Assembly (NCBI GenBank): GCA_046583315.1
Contig: JAYGCN010000300.1
Span: forward strand, 1-25,347
Reading direction: 5' to 3'
From: Candidatus Hydrogenedentota bacterium
Lineage (GTDB): Bacteria > Hydrogenedentota > Hydrogenedentia > Hydrogenedentales > GCA-2746185
DNA length: 25,347 bases
Numbering within the stretch: position 1 is the first letter of the stretch; every line of letters starts with the position of its first letter. Below are positions 8,884 through 18,359 of this stretch, in pieces. Made by a program: the position numbers and the translations under genes. The notes below the pieces were generated by a model that was not told where the DNA came from, did not search any database, and was given only the letters and a program-made list of their open reading frames with translations.

Positions 8884-9675
8884 TTACTTTCCTCGATCTG
8901 CACCGGACTTGTTCTCTTGTTTGAAGAGCCACGGGATGAGGTCCGTTTCTTTCCAGGCCGGAATCCATGAGGCGTGACCCATACCTGGATACTCAGTATA
9001 TATTACTGTGCTGCCCTCTTTCTTGAGCGCGGCAACCATCTCCCTGGATTTCTGGGTGGGGACAACTTTGTCTTTTTCGCCATGAAAAACCCAGCTAGGC
9101 AGGTGGACGATTTCTTTTACCGCGCCTGAATTACCGCCGCCACAAACGGGTACGGCTGCCGCGAAACGGTTCGGCTTGGTCGTGATCGCAGCCCATGTCC
9201 CGTATCCGCCCATTGACTGGCCGGTGACATAAAGACGGGAATGATCGATGCTGAATTCTTTTTCAAGATTATCAAGCACTTCGAGCACGAAGTCAATATA
9301 CCTGACGGTTGAGTCGGTCGGGCGACTGCTCCAATTGGCATTTTCTGGACATTGCGGGGTGACCAGGATTGATGGGTATTCTCGCTGTACTTCCGGCGAT
9401 GATAACACGTTGAAGGCTTCGGTTCCCCGGCTCATATTATCTTTTCCTCGTCCGCCAGCCCCATGAAGACACAGGGCCAATGGGTATTTTTCTTTCGGAT
9501 CGTAATCGGCCGGTATGAAAATGCGATAGGGCATTGTGTCTCCGGTCGCACTTTTGAATACGCGAGCCTCAATCGCTGCTTCTCCCGCGTCTGCCGATTC
9601 TATAGCAAGAAACGTGGTACCGACGATTAGTACCATTGAGAAAATTCGCACGAAGAAACTCATGGCGCTAGGCAT
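8884..9675 (-). CDS. Secreted alpha/beta serine hydrolase (carboxylesterase/peptidase-like)
   Basis: Motifs LHGAGGRG, the nucleophile elbow GQSMGG, FHGEKDKVVP (Asp) and YPGMGHASW (His). Hydrophobic N-terminus; AAGGAA before ATG 9675. Confidence 0.87.
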   Translation of the reverse strand: MPSAMSFFVRIFSMVLIVGTTFLAIESADAGEAAIEARVFKSATGDTMPYRIFIPADYDPKEKYPLALCLHGAGGRGKDNMSRGTEAFNVLSSPEVQREYPSILVTPQCPENANWSSRPTDSTVRYIDFVLEVLDNLEKEFSIDHSRLYVTGQSMGGYGTWAAITTKPNRFAAAVPVCGGGNSGAVKEIVHLPSWVFHGEKDKVVPTQKSREMVAALKKEGSTVIYTEYPGMGHASWIPAWKETDLIPWLFKQENKSGADRGK

Positions 9676-9735
9676 ACATCGTTCCTTTTTTGGAGGCATC
9701 AGATACCAGGCTATATTTCTAACGAATAGCGTTTG

Positions 9736-9764
9736 ATAGTACGACAATGATCGAAGGTTGTCAA
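9736..9764 (-). promoter_or_regulatory. Near-consensus sigma70 promoter upstream of the hydrolase-DUF3604-SDR-GST run
   Basis: Minus strand reads TTGACA (9764-9759), 17-nt spacer, TACTAT (9741-9736). Confidence 0.7.
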
Positions 9765-9911
9765 TCGAGACGCGATTTTGGTGTCGAGTGACACTACTGG
9801 CTGGCGGCGTTATCATCACGAATGGTCGCGAACCTGGTCGTGTTTACCGGAAGACCATGCGGTTCTGGCAAAATTGCTACTCATTTCTTATCGGAACTTC
9901 GAAAGGGGTGC

Positions 9912-11615
9912 TCAGACAAGGTACCATAGCCCGAGCGAAACGCCTGCAAGCCCGAGCGCCGCCCAGTCGACCCGGCTCCATTTGTCACTTCGCGCATTCA
10001 ATCGCAAGAAGTTCAACAAAAATCCGGTCGGACATCCATAGCGGCAATACGCCATGGGTACAAACAACGAGGCCACCAATCCCACAATCGCGATCGTCAT
10101 CGTTGCCCAACCCGCCACCTGAAAAATCCATGCATCGAAGGCCTCAAGATTTACCAGACTGAATTTCGTAGACGACATCGCAATGAGAACACATACCGCG
10201 AGCAAACTACCCGGGATGTACGAAAGTAGACTCGCGAGCCGACGATTCAAACGATAGCGACGTTTTGTTACTCGTCTCAAGAGTTGTTGCAACGCACCGT
10301 GTGGGCAAATGTGATGACAGTAGACATTGTGACGTGTGACCATCGGCAGCACGAATGCTACCGCGCACAGAACCAGCAAACCGATATCCAGGAAGGGAAG
10401 CCCGTGTCGAGCCCAGCCTGCGATCAAGGCCAGCGAGACCATGTCTCCATTGAAATAGCCGAGATAAGCGACCATGAACGCAGGCAGCACGATGCGACCA
10501 ATGCGCCGACTGCGGAGTCGGGTCATCGCGACGATAAGTGCCAGGAAAACAAGTGCAAGCGTGCCCATGTCGATCAGAAAATTTTTGGCGTAAGAATATC
10601 GGTTATCATGTGCCCCCGCGACGTACAGCTGCTCGGCTCGCGCGGCGCGAATGACTTCTCGGGCCATCGCCATACTTGTTTTCGTAGCCCCCGAGACACC
10701 TTCAATACCCGCCTCCTTCAGGTCCAGCTCCGTGAGTTCATCAATGGTACTTCCATTGAACAGGCTCAAGAAATAGTCATCCATGCGCACGTAATAAACG
10801 AACTCCTCATTGTCATAGGTCCTGTCCGGCACAATTCCGACAACACGACCTTCGAGATTCAATCCAATGAGCGTATCGGTCGGTCCCTGGTATCCAATAG
10901 CGCTGGATTGGAGTTGAGAAGCGGACATCGTACTCAGAACAGTCCCGAGTGATTTCCCCGACGCATTCCTAACGGTCCAGGCAAATTCCGAGGGCCTTCG
11001 CTTTACAATTTGGTCGGCATCGGGAAAAAGTTTGCGTACTGCGTTCAGCGTCGGTGGGGAGAGATTCATAACGATCCCTTTTCGCCCGCCCAGTTCTCGC
11101 ACAATCGATTTTTGAATCGCGAGTGCGGTCAGCGTCGCCCCGGATGTACCATCAACGGTCCATTGCGTTGCCAATTCCTTATTTGATTTGCCTTTGAAGT
11201 GACGTAGAAACTTCGTATCCCGACGTATTTGGTCAACATGTGAAGGCGTATCCCCGCTCTCCAAAATTTTGAGCCCCAGGAGTCGCCAGTCATCGTTAAA
11301 CACAAGCAACACGTTCGTTGGACCCGAAAATCCGATGATGCCGTCTGCTTCCGGGGAGGTTTGCATGGCGTAGCCCACCGTCTCGCCCGAAGCATCCAAG
11401 AGTGAACCCGTTCCGTCGCTCGCCACGGTCTCCGCTTCGGGGAGAAATTTCCGAATGGTTTCCAGCGATACTTCCTTCATGCCGTCGACGCGATGTTCGG
11501 CGCTCATCTGGTCGAAGCGAAGATGGATGAGCAGTAGCACGCTGATCACCAACACGATTCGGAGACCTTGGATACCGCGTCTTCGATGCTTCCGGGTCCC
11601 TGAACTGTGCACCAT
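9912..11615 (-). CDS. NosR/NirI-like membrane protein with two FMN-binding domains and a membrane Fe-S (CX3CP) domain
   Basis: N-terminal TM helix; motifs GFSGPT..DGTSGATLT and GYQGPT..EGVSGATKTS; several C-terminal TM helices with YCHHICPHG and YCRYGCPTG. The ATG overlaps the upstream TGA. Confidence 0.85.
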   Translation of the reverse strand: MVHSSGTRKHRRRGIQGLRIVLVISVLLLIHLRFDQMSAEHRVDGMKEVSLETIRKFLPEAETVASDGTGSLLDASGETVGYAMQTSPEADGIIGFSGPTNVLLVFNDDWRLLGLKILESGDTPSHVDQIRRDTKFLRHFKGKSNKELATQWTVDGTSGATLTALAIQKSIVRELGGRKGIVMNLSPPTLNAVRKLFPDADQIVKRRPSEFAWTVRNASGKSLGTVLSTMSASQLQSSAIGYQGPTDTLIGLNLEGRVVGIVPDRTYDNEEFVYYVRMDDYFLSLFNGSTIDELTELDLKEAGIEGVSGATKTSMAMAREVIRAARAEQLYVAGAHDNRYSYAKNFLIDMGTLALVFLALIVAMTRLRSRRIGRIVLPAFMVAYLGYFNGDMVSLALIAGWARHGLPFLDIGLLVLCAVAFVLPMVTRHNVYCHHICPHGALQQLLRRVTKRRYRLNRRLASLLSYIPGSLLAVCVLIAMSSTKFSLVNLEAFDAWIFQVAGWATMTIAIVGLVASLFVPMAYCRYGCPTGFLLNFLRLNARSDKWSRVDWAALGLAGVSLGLWYLV

Positions 11616-13879
11616 CAATTCACCCGCGCAAGACTCACCGCGTCCGCGTGAACGATCCCGCCGGCATCCTTCGTACCCAATACGATGCTGACTTCATGCC
11701 CCTTCGTCAATTCCAGCGAAGTCAACGGATACAAACCATATTTCATGGGAGCCTTTTTCCGCATATCCACTCGAAACTCCTGGGAAACACCATCGACCAC
11801 GATCCGAATGGGTACCGTACTACCCCGATTGTCGTGCGGCTGATAGGCGATTCGTACTTCATAGCGGCCCGACTCCGGCACCTCCACATTAAAGCGAATC
11901 GTGGCACCCGAATTCGCACTCGCGTACAAATATCCAAACGCGAAATAACCCTTCAGGCTGCTCCCCGGCGACCATTTTCCTGTTCTCACCGCGTCCCGGT
12001 CATCCACGACAATGCCGTCCATCTCTGCGGGATCAAAACCACTGATCACCCCATGCGTCGATGCCAACTTCATCGCATCATCCGGAATCACAATCACATC
12101 ATCCAATGTCGCCCGCCGCGCCTTACCTGGCAGTCGCATCAACGCATCCAGACTGCTCCAATACTTGGTATACACCTCCCGCGGCGTGCAACTCTCCAAC
12201 ACGGCGATACTCGCGGCCCGTCCGACAACCTCGCCCATCATCCCGCAGGTCCGCATTACGCGCGTGGTACCCAATGCTTCATGCGTCACGCTGATGTTCC
12301 GTCCTGCCATAAATAAATTGTCAATGTTGCGCGAGTAGAAGGTGCGGTATGGCACTGGATATCCAAACTGACGATCCAACAACTCATCCTGCACGGCGAC
12401 CGCAATAAACGGATTGTCCGGTGCGTATTGCGCATACTGTTTCTTCGGATAATGCAAATCTATCGACCATGTCGTCGCCACACAGCCGTCCGAAAAATCC
12501 TTTTTCCCCACAATATCATCGCGCGTCAGTAGCACATCCCCGATTAACCGACGCGACTCACGCGTCCCCCCGATATACGCCATCCACGTCAAATACGCGG
12601 CCTTATGTTTCTCTGCATCACGCCCATGCTTCATCGCGCTGAAGGCACCATAGACCGCGCGGAAATTGCCATCCCGAATTCCCTCGGCATCGCCAATCGG
12701 GTCCATATCAAAGCCGCTCTCCCAGAACCACTGGCCATGATGATTTTGCGGGTACGGAAACTGACCCATCTCCAACTGAAGTGCCCACGGCGTTTCAGGA
12801 AACTCACGCGGCGACTCCGCCTCATCCCACGCCCACATGTTGCTCATGCCCATCCGCTGGTCAGGCGTCATGTCCCAATCCGCACCAGCCAGGAAACCGA
12901 TCGTGCCATGCCCCGTGCAATCAGAGAACAGCTTCCCCGCAAAACGTCGCCGCTCACTGGTGCGCGTATCAAAGGCGTACACCGCCACGATGCGATTGTT
13001 CTCCGTCTCCACTTCATAGGCATGATGATTCAAGAACAGATCAATATTCTGCTCTGCACGAACGATCGCTTCCTTCTTATCGTCCTCAAATTCCTCATAG
13101 GATCCCGGTGACTTCGAGGCGTGATCGGTAAACTCCTCCACGATTTCACCGAGCCTCGGATACTTCCCGCGCCGCACCTCACCATTGGCCCAGACCCGAA
13201 TCTCACTCGACCCATTGCCCCCCAACACGCCTCGATTTTGTATCAGCGCAACACGCAAGCCCATCCGCGAGGCAGAAATCGCTGCGCCCATACCCGCATA
13301 CCCACCCCCAATCACAACGAAGTCATAATTTCCCTGTTCAATCGGATTCTCACTCAATCCCAGCAAATCCAATCGCCATTCCGACAATATTCCCGATTCG
13401 TTCGGCGGTTCCTCACCATCCTTCACAAAGTAGATTGCATCGCAGCGCCCGGCGAAGCCCGTCAGATCCCGAAGCGATATCGTTGCCTTGGAATCCGAAA
13501 TGTTTACGGTACCGCCGTCATGCCAGAACCAGTCTTTCCCCTTCGTTCCAAAGGTTTCGCTCACCGCTTTTCCATCCACCAGGATCTGAAACCGACCGGG
13601 CTGCCCCTTGGCGTCCCATCGCGCGACCCAGTCTTTTGTGCGCGCGAATACCCGATACGTACCCGGCTCAGGAAAGGTCACCGTTGTTGTCGCGTCGGCG
13701 ACCGGCGTGCCCAAGCCATGGGCAATCATGTAGGGCGAACCCATCACCTCAATCGACTGCGTATCCAACTTCCACCCGCCCCACGACTCAAAACTTTCCG
13801 CCTCCACGAGCACCTGCTGCGCGAAAACAGTCGGCAAAATGAACAACAATCCAAGTAAGACACACAGATAATTTCTCAC
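11615..13879 (-). CDS. Secreted FAD-dependent oxidoreductase with N- and C-terminal beta-sandwich accessory domains
   Basis: Sec-type signal peptide; motifs VVIGGGYAG, LGGNGSSE, DCTGHG, GTRESRR, WSIDLH and NLFMAGRNISVTHEALGTTRVM. The C-terminal GIVVDD...VHADAV domain resembles the xanthan lyase C-terminal/golvesin type. Confidence 0.87.
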   Translation of the reverse strand: MRNYLCVLLGLLFILPTVFAQQVLVEAESFESWGGWKLDTQSIEVMGSPYMIAHGLGTPVADATTTVTFPEPGTYRVFARTKDWVARWDAKGQPGRFQILVDGKAVSETFGTKGKDWFWHDGGTVNISDSKATISLRDLTGFAGRCDAIYFVKDGEEPPNESGILSEWRLDLLGLSENPIEQGNYDFVVIGGGYAGMGAAISASRMGLRVALIQNRGVLGGNGSSEIRVWANGEVRRGKYPRLGEIVEEFTDHASKSPGSYEEFEDDKKEAIVRAEQNIDLFLNHHAYEVETENNRIVAVYAFDTRTSERRRFAGKLFSDCTGHGTIGFLAGADWDMTPDQRMGMSNMWAWDEAESPREFPETPWALQLEMGQFPYPQNHHGQWFWESGFDMDPIGDAEGIRDGNFRAVYGAFSAMKHGRDAEKHKAAYLTWMAYIGGTRESRRLIGDVLLTRDDIVGKKDFSDGCVATTWSIDLHYPKKQYAQYAPDNPFIAVAVQDELLDRQFGYPVPYRTFYSRNIDNLFMAGRNISVTHEALGTTRVMRTCGMMGEVVGRAASIAVLESCTPREVYTKYWSSLDALMRLPGKARRATLDDVIVIPDDAMKLASTHGVISGFDPAEMDGIVVDDRDAVRTGKWSPGSSLKGYFAFGYLYASANSGATIRFNVEVPESGRYEVRIAYQPHDNRGSTVPIRIVVDGVSQEFRVDMRKKAPMKYGLYPLTSLELTKGHEVSIVLGTKDAGGIVHADAVSLARVN

Positions 13880-14158
13880 GCCGTAGCTCCAAATTAGGGT
13901 CTTTTCAAGTCAATGTCCAAAGTACCACAATCCACCCGAAATGTCACTGCATGGCTTGACTGGGCGCACGAAGTACAATCACGAGGAAAAGTGGGCTCGG
14001 TGGTGGAGCACGTCAATGGCGTAGGGGTGGCGGAGAATTGGGGCACGTAATTGTTTTTCGAGTTTTTGCTCTTCGGCAAGTTCAACGTGGATGGAACTAT
14101 CCAGATTGGTATGTTAGGGTACCTCTTCGATTTTTTGTTATTCACGGAGAACGGATCA

Positions 14159-16090
14159 ATGACCGCTACATCAAAGCATTACACAACTCGGATATTTGGG
14201 CTACTCGCCTTGACGATACTCGTCCCCTTGCAGGCGTCTTCGCAAGGTGGCGCGGCGAATAAGGAATGGGCGGCTTATAGCGGGGACAAAGGTAGCACGA
14301 AGTATTCAGCGCTGGACCAGATTAACGCGGGTAACGTTGGACAGCTTGAAGTCGCGTGGACGTGGAACTCTCCGGACAATCCAATTGCCAAAGCGAATCC
14401 GAGCAAGGCACCGGGCGGGTACAAAGTGACTCCGTTGGTGGTGAATGGCGTGATGTATGTGAACACGACCTACGCGATCGTCAGCGCCATTAACCCTGCG
14501 ACGGGCGAGACCATTTGGCAGTTTGATCCAAAGGTATGGGAAGGTCCACGTCCGGGGAATCTCGGGTTTAACGCACGCGGTCTGGCGTATTGGGAAGATG
14601 ATGAAGGAAACGGACGTATTATTCTTGGTACGAATCGCGCGAATCTTTATGCGATTGACGCGAAAACGGGGAAATTGATTCAGGGCTTCGGGGACGGTGG
14701 CAAAATCGATCTGCTTGAAACGTTGCGACGGAAAAATAGTCGGCGCAACATTTTCTCGATATCGCCTGCGACAATTGCGAATGATGTTATCGTGATCGGC
14801 GCGGGGCTGAATGATCGCCCGACACTCAAGGCGATGATTCCCGGTGATGTGCGCGGATTTGATGTGCGCACGGGCGAACTTATATGGACGTTCCATAATC
14901 CGCCGGAAAAAGGTGAAGTCGGTTACGACACCTGGAAGGATGGATCGGCGGAGTATACAGGTAACGCGAATGTGTGGACGCATATGTCTGCGGATGAAGA
15001 GTTGGGACTGGTCTATCTTCCTTTCGGCACGCCGACGAATGATTTTTACGGTGGGCATCGCAAGGGCGACGGTCTCTTCGCGGAGAGCCTGGTCTGCGTG
15101 GAGTCGCGCACGGGTAAATTGGTGTGGTATTTCCAACATGTGCATCATGGCGTATGGGATTGGGATTTACCGATGGCCCCGGCGCTGATCGATATCACGG
15201 TAGACGGCAAAGAAATCAAAGCCTTGGCTCAGGGAACGAAGCAGGGCTTCTTGTGGGTGCTGGATCGCACAAATGGGAAACCGGTATGGCCTATTGAAGA
15301 GCGTCCTGTTCCGCAGACTACGGCTCCGGGTGAAGAAACTGCCGCGACGCAACCGTTCCCGACGAAGCCGGCTCCTTACACGCCTATGGGTTCGACGGAA
15401 GACATGCTGATTGATTTCACGCCTGAACTTCGCGCGCAGGCGCTGGAAATTCTCAAGGAATACAATTACGGTCCGGTCTATACGCCGCCGTTGGTGCTTG
15501 AGGGTGATGCGAAAATGACGATTGTTCATCCGGGCTGGGGTGGCGGCGGAAACTGGCAGGGACTGTCGGTCGATCCGGATACAAACATGGCTTACATTCC
15601 ATCTTCGAACAATTCGATCAGCACGTATGGACTCGTCAAACCGGATGCGGCTCGCTCGAACTTTGATTATATCGCCAAACTGGGTCGTGGACCGCAGGGG
15701 CCGGAAGGCTTGCCGCTATTCAAGCCGCCGTATTCTCATGTGACGGCGATCAATTTGAACACGGGCGAACATGAATGGGTCATTCCGATTGGTGATGGAC
15801 CGATCGACAATCCTGCGATTAAAGATTTGAATCTGCCGCCGATGGGCGGTCGTGGTGCAGGCTCAACGGTACTGACAAAATCACTTCTGTTTGTCACAAA
15901 TCGTGGCACGCAAGATCCGAATTTTAGGGCGATCAACAAAAAGACGGGTGAGACGGTGTGGGAAACGACGCTGGAGTCCTCCCCTGCCGGAACGCCAATG
16001 ACCTATGAGGCTGACGGCAGACAGTATATCGTGGTCGCAACGGGCGGCGGTCGTAGCCCGGCGAGCCTGATCGCGTTGAGTCTACCGTAA
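14159..16090 (+). CDS. PQQ-dependent dehydrogenase, glucose/quinate family, soluble (no N-terminal membrane domain)
   Basis: Motifs YSALDQIN, TPLVVNGVMY, RGLAYW, PGDVRGFDVRTG, NDFYGGHR, HHGVWDWD, GGGNWQG, KPPY and PMTY..GRQYIVV. Signal peptide from ATG 14159, which has a GGAG RBS. Confidence 0.9.
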   Translation: MTATSKHYTTRIFGLLALTILVPLQASSQGGAANKEWAAYSGDKGSTKYSALDQINAGNVGQLEVAWTWNSPDNPIAKANPSKAPGGYKVTPLVVNGVMYVNTTYAIVSAINPATGETIWQFDPKVWEGPRPGNLGFNARGLAYWEDDEGNGRIILGTNRANLYAIDAKTGKLIQGFGDGGKIDLLETLRRKNSRRNIFSISPATIANDVIVIGAGLNDRPTLKAMIPGDVRGFDVRTGELIWTFHNPPEKGEVGYDTWKDGSAEYTGNANVWTHMSADEELGLVYLPFGTPTNDFYGGHRKGDGLFAESLVCVESRTGKLVWYFQHVHHGVWDWDLPMAPALIDITVDGKEIKALAQGTKQGFLWVLDRTNGKPVWPIEERPVPQTTAPGEETAATQPFPTKPAPYTPMGSTEDMLIDFTPELRAQALEILKEYNYGPVYTPPLVLEGDAKMTIVHPGWGGGGNWQGLSVDPDTNMAYIPSSNNSISTYGLVKPDAARSNFDYIAKLGRGPQGPEGLPLFKPPYSHVTAINLNTGEHEWVIPIGDGPIDNPAIKDLNLPPMGGRGAGSTVLTKSLLFVTNRGTQDPNFRAINKKTGETVWETTLESSPAGTPMTYEADGRQYIVVATGGGRSPASLIALSLP

Positions 16091-16096
16091 TATAGG

Positions 16097-16825
16097 CTAC
16101 TCGTTGTTGGCGACCTGCAATCGTTCTGCATCTATTTGTGCGCAGGCGTACATGAAGTGCGGGATTCTATATTCCAACGCTTTTTGTATATGCGTGCGCG
16201 CCAATGTTGTTTGATCGGTGATGTCGTAGTATTTGGCCAGATAATAGTGGGCGTTGAAGGCGTTTGTTGTGCGTTCCTCCTCAGAGGTCACGTCGCGATT
16301 TGCTTCTTCGAGAACCGCCTCGGATTTTCCTTCACCCAAATAGAGATCCAGCAGCGAAGGGAAGGGGTTGCGCATCTTTCGCGGATAATGCAAAATCATC
16401 GCCCGCGCCTTTTCGATTCCTTCGGCTTCGGCGATGCACAGGAAGCGCCATATTCCGTTTTCGATGTCGAGCGCGCCGACGCGATGATACCGCACGAACT
16501 GTTCTGCACCTGCTTGAAAATCGCCTGCGTAGTATTGGGCCAATCCTCGTTCCCAGCAAGAATTATCGTCGTGGGGCCATTTGAATTGGATGGATGTGTC
16601 GTAGTCTTTGATCGCTTCTTCAAAACGACCGAGGCGGAACAGAATTTCTGCGCGATCATGGTGGTGACGGGAAGGGACATCTGAAATGACGGTATTCAGC
16701 GATTCGAGTGCGCGTTCTAGTTGCTGTTGCTGCTCGTTTTTTTGTGCAACTTCAGTCTGTTGAGCCGATGTGTTGAACGTGCAAGCGAGAACGGCAACGA
16801 ATGCAATGCAGGTGACGGGTTTCAT
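16097..16825 (-). CDS. Exported tetratricopeptide-repeat protein, NlpI-like
   Basis: TPR-like helices RAEILFRLGRFEEAIKDYD, WERGLAQYYAG, DIENGIWRFLC and FNAHYYLA. Signal peptide from MKPVTC. Confidence 0.78.
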   Translation of the reverse strand: MKPVTCIAFVAVLACTFNTSAQQTEVAQKNEQQQQLERALESLNTVISDVPSRHHHDRAEILFRLGRFEEAIKDYDTSIQFKWPHDDNSCWERGLAQYYAGDFQAGAEQFVRYHRVGALDIENGIWRFLCIAEAEGIEKARAMILHYPRKMRNPFPSLLDLYLGEGKSEAVLEEANRDVTSEEERTTNAFNAHYYLAKYYDITDQTTLARTHIQKALEYRIPHFMYACAQIDAERLQVANNE

Positions 16826-16832
16826 GGGTGCG

Positions 16833-18113
16833 TCATTGTCCTTCTCGCAGATCGATGCATTTGAGTTCCTTTTCGCTACGCACGTAGACCAATCCATGCG
16901 CGAGAACGGGCGGAGTACGAACGTAGTGTCGTAAAACGCGGGCGCTGGCGGTAACTGAATATCCTGCGGGACTCACTTCGATCAGCGCGAGCGTACCGCG
17001 TTCGTCAATCGCGATGAATTTTCCGTCGACCATGATGAAGGAAGCGCGGCTTAGACCTTTGTCGGCGGTCCACACGACTTTCCCGGTCTCAAATTCGATG
17101 CAACGCAGTTTCGATCCGCGTTCGTGTCGACCGTTTACGCCGTAGAGAAATCCCTCGTGGTAAATGCTGGTCGCCCAGTGGTTTTGCATGGCATCTATAT
17201 CTTTCCAGATGACTTCGACGTTATCAGGATTCAACTTTAACGCGACCGCGCCAATTTCGTAGGAGCCGGACAGAAAAACGATGTCGTCTACCAGCACGGG
17301 TGTTGCGGCTATGGCGGAGGCTTGCATGGGTGAGCGAAAGGGGTATTCGTGACGGACTTTGCCGGTCTTTACTTCGACAGTGAGCAGTCCATCACCGGTG
17401 TGGAAGATGGCGAGACGTTCGCCGTGAACGGTCGCGACGGTTGGCGTTGAATAACTTGCGTGATGGTTGCTTGTTTTCCAGATGGTCTTGCCCGTGTGTT
17501 TGTCGAAGGCGACGACGCCTGCTCCGTTTGGGCCACCGACATTTAGTATAAGAAGGTTCTCTTCGATGACCGGAGCGGTCCCGGTGCCAAAGAAACCTTT
17601 GGGTACCTTGTACTCTGCGTTCACAGGTCGCTGCCAGAGTACCTCTCCCGAGTCCAGATTCAGGCAGGTGAGCACGCCTTCCGCGCCGAAGGTGTAAACA
17701 CGGTCGCCGTCAATGGTGGGTGATGATCGCGGACCGTTGTTGCTGCCGTAGTCGTCGACGTAGTTGGTCGGATATTGCTGTTTCCAGAAAACCTGCGATG
17801 CGTCCTCGGCGTTTACGCATTCAATGATTTCCTGGTCGTCAACACGATGAAAGAGGATGAGTTTGCCTTCGGCGACCACGGGAGCACCGTAACCCTCGCC
17901 GATGGGTCGTTCCCAGAGGATGGGTGGCCCGTCTGCGGGCCAGTCGGTCAGGAATTCTGTTTCGCGGGAAACGCCGTTTCGAAGTGGCCCCAGGAAAGTC
18001 GGCCAGTCATCGGTGACAACTAGCCCGTCGGATTCCGTAAGGGTCGAGTTTTGTGCGGACGAACACGTTGTGCTCAAACCCGCCAGCATTAGCGCGGTGC
18101 TAAGTCGTATCAA
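16833..18113 (-). CDS. PQQ-binding-like beta-propeller repeat protein (paralog A)
   Basis: Motifs DWPTFLGP, GPRSSPTIDG, ASYSTP and TPPVLAHGLVYVR. The start is uncertain: TTG 18113 gives a signal peptide, and the ORF is open to 18239. Confidence 0.85.
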   Translation of the reverse strand: MIRLSTALMLAGLSTTCSSAQNSTLTESDGLVVTDDWPTFLGPLRNGVSRETEFLTDWPADGPPILWERPIGEGYGAPVVAEGKLILFHRVDDQEIIECVNAEDASQVFWKQQYPTNYVDDYGSNNGPRSSPTIDGDRVYTFGAEGVLTCLNLDSGEVLWQRPVNAEYKVPKGFFGTGTAPVIEENLLILNVGGPNGAGVVAFDKHTGKTIWKTSNHHASYSTPTVATVHGERLAIFHTGDGLLTVEVKTGKVRHEYPFRSPMQASAIAATPVLVDDIVFLSGSYEIGAVALKLNPDNVEVIWKDIDAMQNHWATSIYHEGFLYGVNGRHERGSKLRCIEFETGKVVWTADKGLSRASFIMVDGKFIAIDERGTLALIEVSPAGYSVTASARVLRHYVRTPPVLAHGLVYVRSEKELKCIDLREGQ

Positions 18114-18359
18114 ACTTATGTGGCCTATTTCCTGATATTTTTTCCGCAATTTTTGCTTCCCGGCAAGATTTAGGTTGAGCGCGGCTTGGGTCGAAAATAG
18201 CACGCGCAGGTCCGAAACACAATAGAGGTGGCGATGCATTTGTCTTGTACTTCCCGCGTTGATCGCTATCCGATTGATCAGGTAGTCTCAGCAGGAGCGT
18301 CTCAATGGCTATGGATACTGGGAATTTGGCTCAGTTTATAGAATTAGACCGGAGGTAAC

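Noticed and set aside
13956..13979. TTGACT...TACAAT as a promoter for the PQQ dehydrogenase
   Set aside because: The spacer is only 12 nt.
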